Source of the DNA: a virus
Lineage: Duplodnaviria; Heunggongvirae; Uroviricota; Caudoviricetes
Length of the DNA: 46,987 nucleotides
Direction: 5' to 3' (one strand)
IMG/VR virus record: IMGVR_UViG_2526164667_000034
The translations under genes and the position numbers were made by a program. Each line of letters opens with the position of its first letter. Position 1 is the first letter of the stretch. This document shows, piece after piece, positions 32,956 through 40,867 of the stretch. Below the pieces are notes generated by a model, which saw only the letters and a program-made list of their open reading frames with translations, was not told where the DNA came from and searched no databases.

Positions 32956-33404
32956 GCAGCCCTACCTTTTCGTTGTGACCATTCATACTCTCGCCGGGAG
33001 TCATCACTCCACCGCACGTTGCGCTCTGAGCCGAACCAAAACATGATTTCGATAAGCTCAGTCATGCTGGCCTTTCGCATTTTGCTGGTACGCACGCCAA
33101 GCATGACAACGCCACCATCGATACCAGGCACACTTCGTTGCTCCAGTTTTTTGGTCTTAAGCCACAGGGCAGTGAACAGGTCTTTCCAGTCCTCCGGCGC
33201 AAGTCTCTGTCCATGCCAAAGCACCTGACGTGATACGTCCTGCAATAACGCCCACATAAGGCGGTTTTGAGGATTGCTCCGCTTTGGTTCTTTAATGTGG
33301 ACTTCGTGAGGTGACTTGTCGTCGATCGGAAGTGAGAGTATTGCGTCTATGGCGTTGTTTCTGATTGCTTCGTTGCGAAGCATGTATATTTGCTTCATTG
33401 TCAC
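32952..33404 (-). CDS. ninB: NinB (Orf) recombination mediator
   Basis: 150-aa ORF; ...QNRLMWALLQDVSRQVLWHG...WKDLFTA and C-terminal [21 protein letters not shown] parallel lambda NinB. Confidence 0.85.
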   Translation of the reverse strand: MTMKQIYMLRNEAIRNNAIDAILSLPIDDKSPHEVHIKEPKRSNPQNRLMWALLQDVSRQVLWHGQRLAPEDWKDLFTALWLKTKKLEQRSVPGIDGGVVMLGVRTSKMRKASMTELIEIMFWFGSERNVRWSDDSRREYEWSQRKGRAA

Positions 33405-33405
33405 C

Positions 33406-33612
33406 TCAACTCACAAAACGCCACGCCATTTTTGCTACAGCGACAGGCGCAACACCGATAATCACCCACAGGAAAATGCTACCGAAAAGCACACCAACCA
33501 GGTCTTTACCTTCGCCTACCAGCCGGACAAAACTGCTGGCAACCACAATGAACGTCGCCACCATCCACATAGCACCGAGAATCCTCAATGCAGAAAAAAT
33601 CAACTCAACCAC
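33406..33612 (-). CDS. Hypothetical small two-TM membrane protein
   Basis: 68-aa hydrophobic track ORF between orf96 and ninB; no RBS assessed. Confidence 0.35.
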   Translation of the reverse strand: MVELIFSALRILGAMWMVATFIVVASSFVRLVGEGKDLVGVLFGSIFLWVIIGVAPVAVAKMAWRFVS

Positions 33613-33684
33613 GATTTACTCTCCCCCAAATAAAAAGGCCTGCGATTACCAGCAGGCCTGTTATTAGCTCAGTGATGTAGATGG

Positions 33685-33975
33685 TCATCTTTTAACTCCA
33701 TATACCGCCAATACCCGTTTCATCGCGGCACTCTGGCGACACTCCTTAAAAATTAGGTTCGTGCTCATCTTTCCTTCCCGTTCTTCCTTGGTAGCAAACC
33801 GGTAATACACCGTTCGCCAGACCTTACCTTCGATAACCAGAAGACCTGCCCGTGCCATTTTAGCCGCGGCCTGATTTATGCTGGTTACTGTTGCGCCTGT
33901 TAGCGCGGCAACGTCCGGCGCACAGAAGCTATTATGCGTCCCCAGGTAATGAATAATTGCCTCTTTGCCCGTCAT
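33685..33975 (-). CDS. Hypothetical phage protein downstream of P
   Basis: 96-aa ORF whose start overlaps the P stop; no family recognised. Confidence 0.55.
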   Translation of the reverse strand: MTGKEAIIHYLGTHNSFCAPDVAALTGATVTSINQAAAKMARAGLLVIEGKVWRTVYYRFATKEEREGKMSTNLIFKECRQSAAMKRVLAVYGVKR

Positions 33976-34673
33976 ACACTTGCTCCTTTCAGTCCGAACT
34001 TAGCTTTGAGTTCTGCGATCTTCGCCAGAGCCTGTGCACGATTTAGAGGTCTACCGCCCATGACAGGAAGTTGTTTTACTGGTTCAGGGATCGCCTCACC
34101 ACGGTTAATTCTCGCAGTCATATGGACAAGCTCATCTGCGGCCTTACGGCGTAATTCCGCATCAGTAAGCGCATTGGCCCGCATGTTCTGATACAGGTTG
34201 GTAACCAGCCAGTAGTGCGCGTTTGATTTCCACGGATAAGACTCCGCATCCGGATACAGGCCTCGCTTCCGGCAATACTCGTAAACCATATCAACCAGCT
34301 CGCTGACGTTTGGCAGTCCGGCGATAACGGATGCTTCTTCCCGGCACCATGCAACAAACTGCCCGGGTGATGGCAGGAATGGTCGATTCTGCCGACGGGC
34401 TACGCGCATTCCTGCGTTAACCTGTTCCATTGTGGTGATCCCGTTTTCCCGGAAAGCCAGAACCCACTGGCGGCGGATTTCGTTCAGTTCGTTCTGGTCA
34501 CGGTTAGCCAGGCTCGCCGGGAAAGTTGCCAGTAACTGGCTGAACACACCGTTGATGATCTGCGCTACCTGTTGTACCTGCGGCTTTTCGTCGTACTGTT
34601 CCGGCATGTTGTTGGCGATCCGACGCATCTGCTCACGGTCAAAGTTAACCATCTGTGCGGCGATGTTTTTCAT
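33972..34673 (-). CDS. P: Replication protein P (DnaB helicase loader), lambda-type
   Basis: 233 aa MKNIAAQMVNFDREQMRRIANNMPEQYDEKPQVQQVAQIING..., recalled as near-identical to lambda P. Confidence 0.95.
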   Translation of the reverse strand: MKNIAAQMVNFDREQMRRIANNMPEQYDEKPQVQQVAQIINGVFSQLLATFPASLANRDQNELNEIRRQWVLAFRENGITTMEQVNAGMRVARRQNRPFLPSPGQFVAWCREEASVIAGLPNVSELVDMVYEYCRKRGLYPDAESYPWKSNAHYWLVTNLYQNMRANALTDAELRRKAADELVHMTARINRGEAIPEPVKQLPVMGGRPLNRAQALAKIAELKAKFGLKGASV

Positions 34674-35608
34674 AAATCCACCCCGTAAATCCAGTCAGTG
34701 TTTGTCAGGTCGAGTTTTGGTTTGCTGGCTGTCACGCCTGCCTGTTGCTTGTTACGGTTGATTTCGAGCTGGGTCCACTTGTCGCGGAGTTTGGCCGGAC
34801 TCAGCACGTTACCGGACCAGAAGTTGTCCTGGCAGGCCCAGCGGAAAAGCACACACATATCGCGGTGGTTACGTCCGTCACGTTCACGCATCAGGCGGAT
34901 ATCGTTAGCCCACCCTGCAAAATTCGGTTTTCTGGCTGATGGTGCGATGGTCTTCACCATGTCAAACATCCACTCTGCGGCGGTCAGGTCTTCTGCTGTT
35001 CCCCACTTGCTGCCGCTCTGAATTGCAGCATCCGGTTTAACCACAGAAAGATCGTTTTCTGGCTGGTCAGAGGATTCGCCAGAATTCTCGGACGAATAAT
35101 CTTTTCTTTTTTCTTTTGTAATAGTGTCTTTTGTGTCCCCCTGTTTTGAGGGATAGCAATCCCCTAATTTGAGGGATGTTTTATCCCTCGTTTTAGGGGA
35201 TTTTCCCTCGTTTTGAGGGATCTCCCTCATTTTAGGGGAACCTCCCTCGTTTTGAGGGATGCACCATTCTGAGATGTTTTTATTTGGTCCAAACATGCCG
35301 CCTTGCTGCTTGATAATATTCATTCTGACGAGTTCTAACTTGGCTTCATTGCACCGTTTGACAGGTAACTTTGTAATCTCGCTAAGTTGAGAATCGGTGA
35401 TTCTGTCCATTGGTTTATTCCACCCATAGGTTTTACGCAGAATGGCAAGCAGCACTTTAAACTGTCGCTTGGTCAGATCTGCGCCTGAATAGGCCTCAAG
35501 CAGCATATTTGATAGTCTGGCGTAACCATCATCGAGATCTGCCACATTACGCTCCTGTTCGGCAAAGTTACCTCTGCCGAAGTTGAGTATTTTTGCTGTA
35601 TTTGTCAT
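34670..35608 (-). CDS. O: Replication initiator O, lambda-type, with expanded iteron-encoded repeat
   Basis: 312 aa MTNTAKILNFGRGNFAEQERNVADLDDGYARLSNMLLEAY..., recalled as lambda O (299 aa). Contains tandem IPQNEGGSPKMRE / IPQNEGKSPKTRD encoded by the iterons. Confidence 0.95.
   Translation of the reverse strand: MTNTAKILNFGRGNFAEQERNVADLDDGYARLSNMLLEAYSGADLTKRQFKVLLAILRKTYGWNKPMDRITDSQLSEITKLPVKRCNEAKLELVRMNIIKQQGGMFGPNKNISEWCIPQNEGGSPKMREIPQNEGKSPKTRDKTSLKLGDCYPSKQGDTKDTITKEKRKDYSSENSGESSDQPENDLSVVKPDAAIQSGSKWGTAEDLTAAEWMFDMVKTIAPSARKPNFAGWANDIRLMRERDGRNHRDMCVLFRWACQDNFWSGNVLSPAKLRDKWTQLEINRNKQQAGVTASKPKLDLTNTDWIYGVDL
35137..35260. repeat. Replication origin iterons (about 6 copies, TCCCTC-N-GAGGGA type) with adjacent AT-rich tract
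   Basis: Repeats CCCCTGTTTTGAGGGA, CCCCTAATTTGAGGGA, ATCCCTCGTTTTAGGGGA, TCCCTCGTTTTGAGGGA, CTCCCTCATTTTAGGGGA, CTCCCTCGTTTTGAGGGA inside O; AT-rich region at about 35085-35135. Confidence 0.85.
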
Positions 35609-35640
35609 AATGACTCCTGTGGATTGATCCAGTAATTCCC

Positions 35641-35937
35641 TCAGAATTGCATATCAATTTGCTTAGAGTCCCCGGCGGCCACCGGGGATTTTTTCTTTGT
35701 GATTTCATCAAGCGCATACTTAAAAGCCCTGCTAATCGGACTGATGTCTGATGCCATTCCGAAAGCACACAAGACCGAAGCAATAAATCTCCAGTCCGTT
35801 CTGCTTATCTTCGATTCATGACAGCCAATCATCTTTGCCAGACCGCGCTGGGTAAGCGTTGACAGGTTGATGAGTAAATCTGTTTCTGCGCGATCAATTT
35901 CTCGCTGTGTTAGCTTGCTGTAACTTGCTTGTTCCAT
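35641..35937 (-). CDS. cII: CII-like lysogeny activator
   Basis: 98-aa ORF with HTH (GLAKMIGCHESKISR) and C-terminus KKKSPVAAGDSKQIDMQF paralleling the lambda CII C-terminal degradation tag region. Confidence 0.8.
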   Translation of the reverse strand: MEQASYSKLTQREIDRAETDLLINLSTLTQRGLAKMIGCHESKISRTDWRFIASVLCAFGMASDISPISRAFKYALDEITKKKSPVAAGDSKQIDMQF

Positions 35938-35989
35938 TTCTTATGATTTCCAATAGTGAATATTACGCATCTGTTGATGCGTTTTTTGT

Positions 35990-36006
35990 GGGGACGAATC
36001 ATCCCC
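35990..36006 (-). promoter_or_regulatory. nutR boxB-like hairpin
   Basis: Minus-strand GGGGATGATTCGTCCCC (5-bp stem) between cro and cII, identical to the nutL copy; followed by a second hairpin CGCATC-AACA-GATGCG. Confidence 0.65.
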
Positions 36007-36034
36007 GACCTGATTGTTTAAAGAGCGGTGTTAC

Positions 36035-36259
36035 TTATGCTGCCTGATTCGGTTTTGGAAACAGGTGTGGCAAATCGGGGCGAATTTCGTAAGCCTTGAT
36101 CTGCCCTCCAGTGGCGTTAACGATGGCGGTAACTTTCTCTGGAGAGACCAACCCGCCTTTCAGCCATTTGTGTACTGCTGGCTGCGTTACACCACACTTG
36201 TCGGCAAGGCGCTTTTGGCTACCGACAATTTTCAAGGCTCGTTGAATTACTAAATTCAT
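36035..36259 (-). CDS. cro: Cro-like repressor (HTH)
   Basis: Start at MNLVIQRALKIVGSQKRLADKCGVTQPAVHKW... with AAGAGG RBS 7 nt upstream; divergent from cI across the operators. Confidence 0.8.
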   Translation of the reverse strand: MNLVIQRALKIVGSQKRLADKCGVTQPAVHKWLKGGLVSPEKVTAIVNATGGQIKAYEIRPDLPHLFPKPNQAA

Positions 36260-36295
36260 GAGCATACCTCTTGTGGTCATTACTTATAACCAAAG

Positions 36296-36358
36296 ATAAC
36301 TCAAGTTATAAAAAATAGCAATAACCTTTGTTATTTTACTTTGGATAACCGTAGTTAT
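36296..36358. promoter_or_regulatory. Right operator OR (three ATAAC-N4-GTTAT palindromes) with divergent pR/pRM
   Basis: ATAACTCAAGTTAT (36296-36309), ATAACCTTTGTTAT (36321-36334), ATAACCGTAGTTAT (36345-36358), spaced about 24 bp, between cro and cI. Confidence 0.75.
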
Positions 36359-36370
36359 AGATTTGTGGGT

Positions 36371-37078
36371 ATGAAAACATTCGCAGAAAGACTAAATGCA
36401 GCCATGAGCTCAGCAGGGGTATCACAATCACAGCTTGCTGACATGGTTGGAATATCTCAGCCAGCCATACAGAAGATGTCGTCCGGTAAAACAAACGGAT
36501 CTCGCAAGATGGTTGAATTAGCCAATGCTTTAAAAGTGCGCCCTGAATGGCTTAGTTCTGGTATTGGTGAAATGAGGGATGGTGCACATGAAGAACCATC
36601 CAATGTCCGTGAGTCATCTTTAAAAGCTGTGGTATGGGAAGACATTAAAAGAAACGATGACGAGTTTGTTGCGTTGCCTCTTCTTAACGTTTCGCTTTCA
36701 GCTGGAAGCGGTAGCTGCGAGCTAGAGGAATCATCGGAGTTCTCTTTGGTTTTCAGAAAGCACTATCTGAAAAAGATGGGAGTATCTGAAAGATCAGCCA
36801 AGCTAGTTAGGGTTGTAGGGCAAAGCATGGAACCAACGCTTCACGATGGCGATGTTGTTGGTGTTAACACGCAAGATACCACCATCAGAGATGGTAAAAC
36901 CTACGCTATTTGCCAGTCTGATTTGTTACGAGTAAAAACATTAATCGCCACCCCTACATCGGTGATAATCAGATCAATAAATCGCGAAGAGTACCCGGAT
37001 GAAGTAATGGATAGAGATGAATTTCATGAAACCGTAAGGATTATTGGCAGAGTATTCTGGTCGTCTCATAGTTGGTAA
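36371..37078 (+). CDS. cI: CI-type prophage repressor (HTH plus LexA-like S24 peptidase domain)
   Basis: Track ORF 36341..37078; start chosen at MKTFAERLN. HTH QSQLADMVGISQPAIQKM and C-terminal autoproteolytic domain GQSMEPTLHDGDVVGV. Confidence 0.9.
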   Translation: MKTFAERLNAAMSSAGVSQSQLADMVGISQPAIQKMSSGKTNGSRKMVELANALKVRPEWLSSGIGEMRDGAHEEPSNVRESSLKAVVWEDIKRNDDEFVALPLLNVSLSAGSGSCELEESSEFSLVFRKHYLKKMGVSERSAKLVRVVGQSMEPTLHDGDVVGVNTQDTTIRDGKTYAICQSDLLRVKTLIATPTSVIIRSINREEYPDEVMDRDEFHETVRIIGRVFWSSHSW

Positions 37079-37118
37079 CCGATAATCAGAAGAAGACTTA
37101 CGGAAGTGCGGAGGGATA

Positions 37119-37415
37119 ATGGAATTTCTGATAGTTTTTGTTGTTGTTTTGGTCATCATTCTTTTTGTTTTGCTAAGCATTAGTAAAAAGCTATCTCAAG
37201 TGATTGAACATAGCTCTAATCGCGCAAAAGAAGAAGAGCATCTAATTGATATAAAAGAGATTCTCTCTGATATAAAAATCACATTAGATGAAATAAAATA
37301 CACAACAGATCTAATTGAACAGTATAAAATACCAACCCCAAACGAGAGAAAAGCAATAGATCAATATCGTATTGACTTAGAAATCGACGAAATGCTAAGC
37401 AAAAGAAAAGACTAA
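37119..37415 (+). CDS. Hypothetical small membrane protein co-transcribed with cI (rexAB position)
   Basis: 98-aa ORF 40 bp after the cI stop with GGAGGG RBS. N-terminal TM EFLIVFVVVLVIILFVLLSI, charged helical remainder. Very AT-rich. Followed by a strong terminator. Confidence 0.6.
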   Translation: MEFLIVFVVVLVIILFVLLSISKKLSQVIEHSSNRAKEEEHLIDIKEILSDIKITLDEIKYTTDLIEQYKIPTPNERKAIDQYRIDLEIDEMLSKRKD

Positions 37416-37420
37416 AAACA

Positions 37421-37448
37421 CCCGGCCTCAGCGCCGGGTTTTCTTTTC
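37421..37448 (+). terminator. Rho-independent terminator ending the cI operon
   Basis: CCCGGC-CTCAGC-GCCGGG hairpin followed by TTTTCTTTTCC. Confidence 0.85.
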
Positions 37449-37589
37449 CTGCCGTCCCCCACCCAATCAACCATCCTCATCATAGACAAGCATCAAGCCA
37501 AAGGTAGCACTTTCACCCCGCACGCAAGCCCTCAAACACCAATCAATCAGCAACATTTACAAAAATAAAATACCTTTGTTATCCATCAC

Positions 37590-37654
37590 TTATAACTTAT
37601 TTACCATAAAATATAAACTAAGTTATTGACCGCGCCTATAACCTAAGTTATCTT
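37590..37654. promoter_or_regulatory. Left operator OL and promoter pL
   Basis: ATAACCTAAGTTAT (37638-37651) and ATAAACTAAGTTAT (37612-37625) match the OR half-sites. Putative pL TTGACC-17 bp-TATCTT reads rightward toward N. Confidence 0.65.
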
Positions 37655-37721
37655 TAAGCCATCAGCAGGACGCAGGAAGCCAAACGGAACAGATTGGCAG
37701 GCTCTTTAACATTGATGGAAT

Positions 37722-37738
37722 GGGGATGATTCGTCCCC
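37722..37738 (+). promoter_or_regulatory. nutL boxB hairpin
   Basis: GGGGATGATTCGTCCCC in the pL leader, identical to the nutR copy. Confidence 0.65.
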
Positions 37739-37893
37739 ACCAAAGAGAGGTTGGCTTTGGGATTTGATGAATGTGCAGGTCGATGCACTAACGCTTAGCG
37801 GTGAGCACCTGCCTTTGGGGCAGGATGGGTAGCCGCAATCAGGAGATCGACACCTGACATCAAATCACCAAAGTCAATCATCGGAGGTATCCA

Positions 37894-38100
37894 GTGAAAG
37901 CAAGAGAGATTCGCAAACTCAAACGCGCTCGTAAGCACAAAGAGGCGACAGCAAAACGTAAAAATATTGACCGTGTTTCAATGGTGGTTTCGCTAGCAGG
38001 AGCGAATAGGAAGAAGGTTGAATGTGGTTCGTGCTGCCTGCCAAACGTAGCCATTTACGCGGCAGGCTACCGGAAATCAAAACAACTGACGGCGAGGTAA
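37894..38100 (+). CDS. Early antiterminator N, P22 gene 24-like
   Basis: 68-aa ORF (GTG start, GGAGG RBS) with Arg/Lys-rich N-terminus. C-terminus RVSMVVSLAGANRKKVECGSCCLPNVAIYAAGYRKSKQLTAR matches the P22 gp24 C-terminus as recalled. Confidence 0.75.
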   Translation: MKAREIRKLKRARKHKEATAKRKNIDRVSMVVSLAGANRKKVECGSCCLPNVAIYAAGYRKSKQLTAR

Positions 38101-38102
38101 TT

Positions 38103-38465
38103 ATGGGTCAGGAAGAAAAATATGAGCTTAAAAAGCTCATTGGAGAAGACGCCATAGAAGAAATTGCAGCATTAACAACAGCTATAAAGAATATTAGGTA
38201 TGCGCTAAATACGCTTATCTCCTCATGCGACAAAAATAGCAGGGAATTTTTGATACTTGGCGCAGCTCTAGGAATAGTTGATGCGGCAACGCTTCACCTA
38301 ATTACTCATGACGATATTCTTATTGAGCCGTATGAAACATTACTGCTTGTCAGGCAAAAAATGGCTGATGCCGCAGCAAATGGAGACCTTCAACTTTACA
38401 TCGACTTAAGGAAAGTATTAAGGCGAATGGTCAAAACTGAAGGAGATATCCCCCTGACAAAGTAA
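38103..38465 (+). CDS. Hypothetical protein (AT-rich early-left accessory gene)
   Basis: Track ORF 38022..38465; start chosen at MGQEEKYELKK, whose ATG overlaps the N stop (TAATTATG) with GAGG RBS. No family recognised. Confidence 0.55.
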   Translation: MGQEEKYELKKLIGEDAIEEIAALTTAIKNIRYALNTLISSCDKNSREFLILGAALGIVDAATLHLITHDDILIEPYETLLLVRQKMADAAANGDLQLYIDLRKVLRRMVKTEGDIPLTK

Positions 38466-38495
38466 GGGGGTGAAGAGGCCATTTCAGGAATAAAA

Positions 38496-38990
38496 TTAAT
38501 AATTTGTCAGCGGCGGTACATATACAGGCTTAGGGTCTGGCGCTCTATACATCCGGTATTCATTCTTACAGCGAGGACATGAATGCACAAAGAACCCATT
38601 AGATTTTATAGTAACCGTGCTTGGTTGAAGTATCGATATTTTATGTTCGCCGAAGCAATGTGCACAAAGGTTATGCTGCTGAATAGAAGGATCGGAATGA
38701 CTCTTAGGTCGATACACGACAGAACCACCTTCAGTTGTATGAAGTTCATAATTCTCAGCTTGCACAACAAACATCTTGATTTTTCTATTTTCATCTCGAA
38801 GCTTCATTGCGATCTCCTTCTCGGCCTGATAAAGGCCAGAGAGCTCCGCATTAAGCATCTGTAAGTCAGTTATTCTTTGGTGTAGATCACCAATAGCTTT
38901 AGCGATAACAGCATCGTCTCTGGTTTCTTTTATTGTCTTCAGCAGATCATAAGCCTGTTTCGCGGCAGTTATACCAGATAACACATCCAT
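38496..38990 (-). CDS. Hypothetical coiled-coil plus C-terminal zinc-ribbon protein, opposite strand to the pL operon
   Basis: 164-aa ORF; N-terminal heptad-rich region and C-terminal CAHCFGEHK...CPRCKNEY. AT-rich. Upstream region carries direct repeats. Confidence 0.6.
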   Translation of the reverse strand: MDVLSGITAAKQAYDLLKTIKETRDDAVIAKAIGDLHQRITDLQMLNAELSGLYQAEKEIAMKLRDENRKIKMFVVQAENYELHTTEGGSVVYRPKSHSDPSIQQHNLCAHCFGEHKISILQPSTVTIKSNGFFVHSCPRCKNEYRMYRAPDPKPVYVPPLTNY

Positions 38991-39001
38991 ATAAATTACT
39001 C

Positions 39002-39056
39002 TCTTACTGTAGGGGTAAGAGGATTTTACTATTTTTCTCGCTGTAGGGGTACACGA
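39002..39056. repeat. Direct repeat CTGTAGGGGTA x2 upstream of opposite-strand gene
   Basis: TACTGTAGGGGTAAGAGG (about 39002-39021) and GCTGTAGGGGTACACGAG (about 39038-39056), 36 bp apart, in the 200-bp region between divergent genes. Confidence 0.5.
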
Positions 39057-39190
39057 GAACCACCGAGCCTGATGTGGTTAAAAGACAGGCACAATCTTTA
39101 CTACCGCAAGCCACGCAGTGAAATGGGTGTGACTTGTGTTGGTCGCCAGAAAATGAAATTAGACAGCAAACCACTTATTTGAGGTGAGAT

Positions 39191-39661
39191 ATGACAAAAT
39201 CATGGAGCGTACCTTTTCCTGAATCAGAAACTGAACATGATGGAATGCCTGTTTTCTGGAGATTCCAGGCGACAGTTGAAGAAGATGGAATCAAAATATT
39301 CGCACTTCAATATATAGCTTTTCATCAGACAGAGCATTATGCATGGTTGGTTCCTGCGTATTGGATTGTTAATTTTAAACCAGCACCAAATCAGTGGTTA
39401 CAGGAATGGAAACAAAAGAGAAATAGATATGCAATTAAGAAAGTAGCAAAAAATGCAGAAAGATCTTTTGCATTCCCAACGAAGAAACTTGCTATTGAAA
39501 GTTTATTGCGCCGGAAGAAATACCATTTAATGAGAATAAAACAAGATTTGGCTGTTGTATCAACTCTTGTTGATGGGATGAAAAATATTGATACATCAAC
39601 ACCAGATATTGAATATAACTTTGGACACAACCAAGAAACAGAAAATTGGGTATTCTACTAG
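39191..39661 (+). CDS. Hypothetical protein (AT-rich accessory gene)
   Basis: 156-aa ORF with GAGGTGAG RBS, Trp/basic-rich; no family recognised. Followed by a terminator. Confidence 0.55.
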   Translation: MTKSWSVPFPESETEHDGMPVFWRFQATVEEDGIKIFALQYIAFHQTEHYAWLVPAYWIVNFKPAPNQWLQEWKQKRNRYAIKKVAKNAERSFAFPTKKLAIESLLRRKKYHLMRIKQDLAVVSTLVDGMKNIDTSTPDIEYNFGHNQETENWVFY

Positions 39662-39687
39662 GCCGCATAGTCGGCCTTTATTTTTGG
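39661..39687 (+). terminator. Rho-independent terminator after orf156
   Basis: GGCCG-CATAGT-CGGCC hairpin overlapping the stop codon, followed by TTTATTTTTGG. Confidence 0.6.
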
Positions 39688-39707
39688 CATAAACAACAGA
39701 GGCTAAC

Positions 39708-39998
39708 ATGGAATTTAAAGGTACTGAAGGTAAGTGGGAAATAATGATGGATGGCGATGAGATTAAAATCATCCAGGCAGACTCACTTGAAAATGGCGCA
39801 GGCTGGCGTTCGTATATTGCAATCTGTGAGGAAGTTCAATGTATTGAAGATGCCAATCTAATAGCGGCAGCACCTGACCTTTTAAATGCCCTGAAAGCGA
39901 TGCTAAACAAGGCATACAAGCAAAACTGGAATGACCATTATCCTGATGAAGTATCGAAAGCACAGTCAGCAATTAGCAAAGCTCTTGGGGAAGAATGA
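39708..39998 (+). CDS. Hypothetical protein
   Basis: 96-aa acidic ORF with GAGG-type RBS; no family recognised. Confidence 0.5.
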   Translation: MEFKGTEGKWEIMMDGDEIKIIQADSLENGAGWRSYIAICEEVQCIEDANLIAAAPDLLNALKAMLNKAYKQNWNDHYPDEVSKAQSAISKALGEE

Positions 39999-40156
39999 TG
40001 AATAAGAAATACATTGTTGAAGTTATAGAGCGAGAAACGAAAGAAGTAATTAAACATTTCGAATTTGATAATTATAGAAAAGCTGACCACGTCGAAGAAG
40101 GATTGTTGCGACAAAGTAATCTCGAAAAATTTGATGTTGTCATGCGATGCGAATAA
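39995..40156 (+). CDS. Small hypothetical protein
   Basis: Hand-translated about 53 aa (MMNKKYIVEVIERETKEVIKHFEFDNYRKADHVEEGLLRQSNLEKFDVVMRCE), ATGA overlap with upstream stop. Coordinates +/-2 nt. Confidence 0.4.
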   Translation: MMNKKYIVEVIERETKEVIKHFEFDNYRKADHVEEGLLRQSNLEKFDVVMRCE

Positions 40157-40249
40157 GCGCCTATAGCAGATTTACGAGTCTGCTATGTGAGCAATGTCGC
40201 TCGTAACTAAACAGGAGCCGACTTGTTCTGATTATTGGAAATCTTCTTT

Positions 40250-40275
40250 GCCCTCCGATGTGAGGGCTTTTTTAT
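40250..40275 (+). terminator. Rho-independent terminator within the early-left operon
   Basis: GCCCTC-CGATGTG-AGGGC hairpin followed by TTTTTTAT. Confidence 0.7.
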
Positions 40276-40339
40276 ATGCATACCAATAACGCTTCACTCG
40301 AGGCGTTTTCGTTATGCAATCAAATATAAGGAGTTACCC

Positions 40340-40474
40340 ATGATGCACTTTCAGCTCGCGGGTAGCGGCGTCATGTCCGCTTTCTACCCGCACGAATCTG
40401 AATTATCACGCCGAGTTAAACAATTAATTAGAGCAGCAAAGAAACAACTGGAGGCGTTATGCGCAATGAAATAG
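40340..40474 (+). CDS. cIII: CIII-like protein (putative FtsH/HflB inhibitor)
   Basis: 44 aa MMHFQLAGSGVMSAFYPHESELSRRVKQLIRAAKKQLEALCAMK with AAGGAG RBS. Shares the x-A-G ... SE-L ... amphipathic helix pattern and operon position of lambda CIII. Confidence 0.6.
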   Translation: MMHFQLAGSGVMSAFYPHESELSRRVKQLIRAAKKQLEALCAMK

Positions 40475-40611
40475 CCATTAATCACCAGATGCTTCGTGCG
40501 GCACAAAACAAAGCAGTAATAGCCAGATTTATTGGTGATTCAAAAATGTGGCTTGAAGCAAATAAAGCGATGAAATCAGCTATCAACCTTCCGTGGTATC
40601 GCAGGAAATGA
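40459..40611 (+). CDS. Small hypothetical protein (kil-position)
   Basis: Hand-translated about 50 aa (MRNEIAINHQMLRAAQNKAVIARFIGDSKMWLEANKAMKSAINLPWYRR...), overlapping the cIII end. Coordinates approximate. Confidence 0.35.
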   Translation: MRNEIAINHQMLRAAQNKAVIARFIGDSKMWLEANKAMKSAINLPWYRRK

Positions 40612-40778
40612 GTTTCACAGATAACTGGTCAGACGAAGAATTCATTCGTCAGATGAAAGAATTAATCGGTAACGAAGGAGATATTCATGTCACTTGCAAC
40701 CACAGTGAAGGAGAGCAAGTTACAGAGACGCATGTACACGCAGCAGGCGTTAATGTATCGCCAGAAGGGAGATCGTGA
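40608..40778 (+). CDS. Small hypothetical protein
   Basis: Track ORF 40593..40778; ATG at MSFTDNWSDEEFIRQ overlaps upstream stop (ATGA). Confidence 0.35.
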   Translation: MSFTDNWSDEEFIRQMKELIGNEGDIHVTCNHSEGEQVTETHVHAAGVNVSPEGRS

Positions 40779-40867
40779 AGGTGTTCGCGTATTTTTAAAT
40801 GCGGCAAAGACTGAAGTATTAAATCAGCGTTATTTCCTTGGGCCATGCCCATTCTGAGAACAAACAT

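Noticed and set aside
35568-35783. 71-aa minus-strand track ORF overlapping cII and the O start
   Set aside because: Alternative frame across two well-supported genes; no independent signals.
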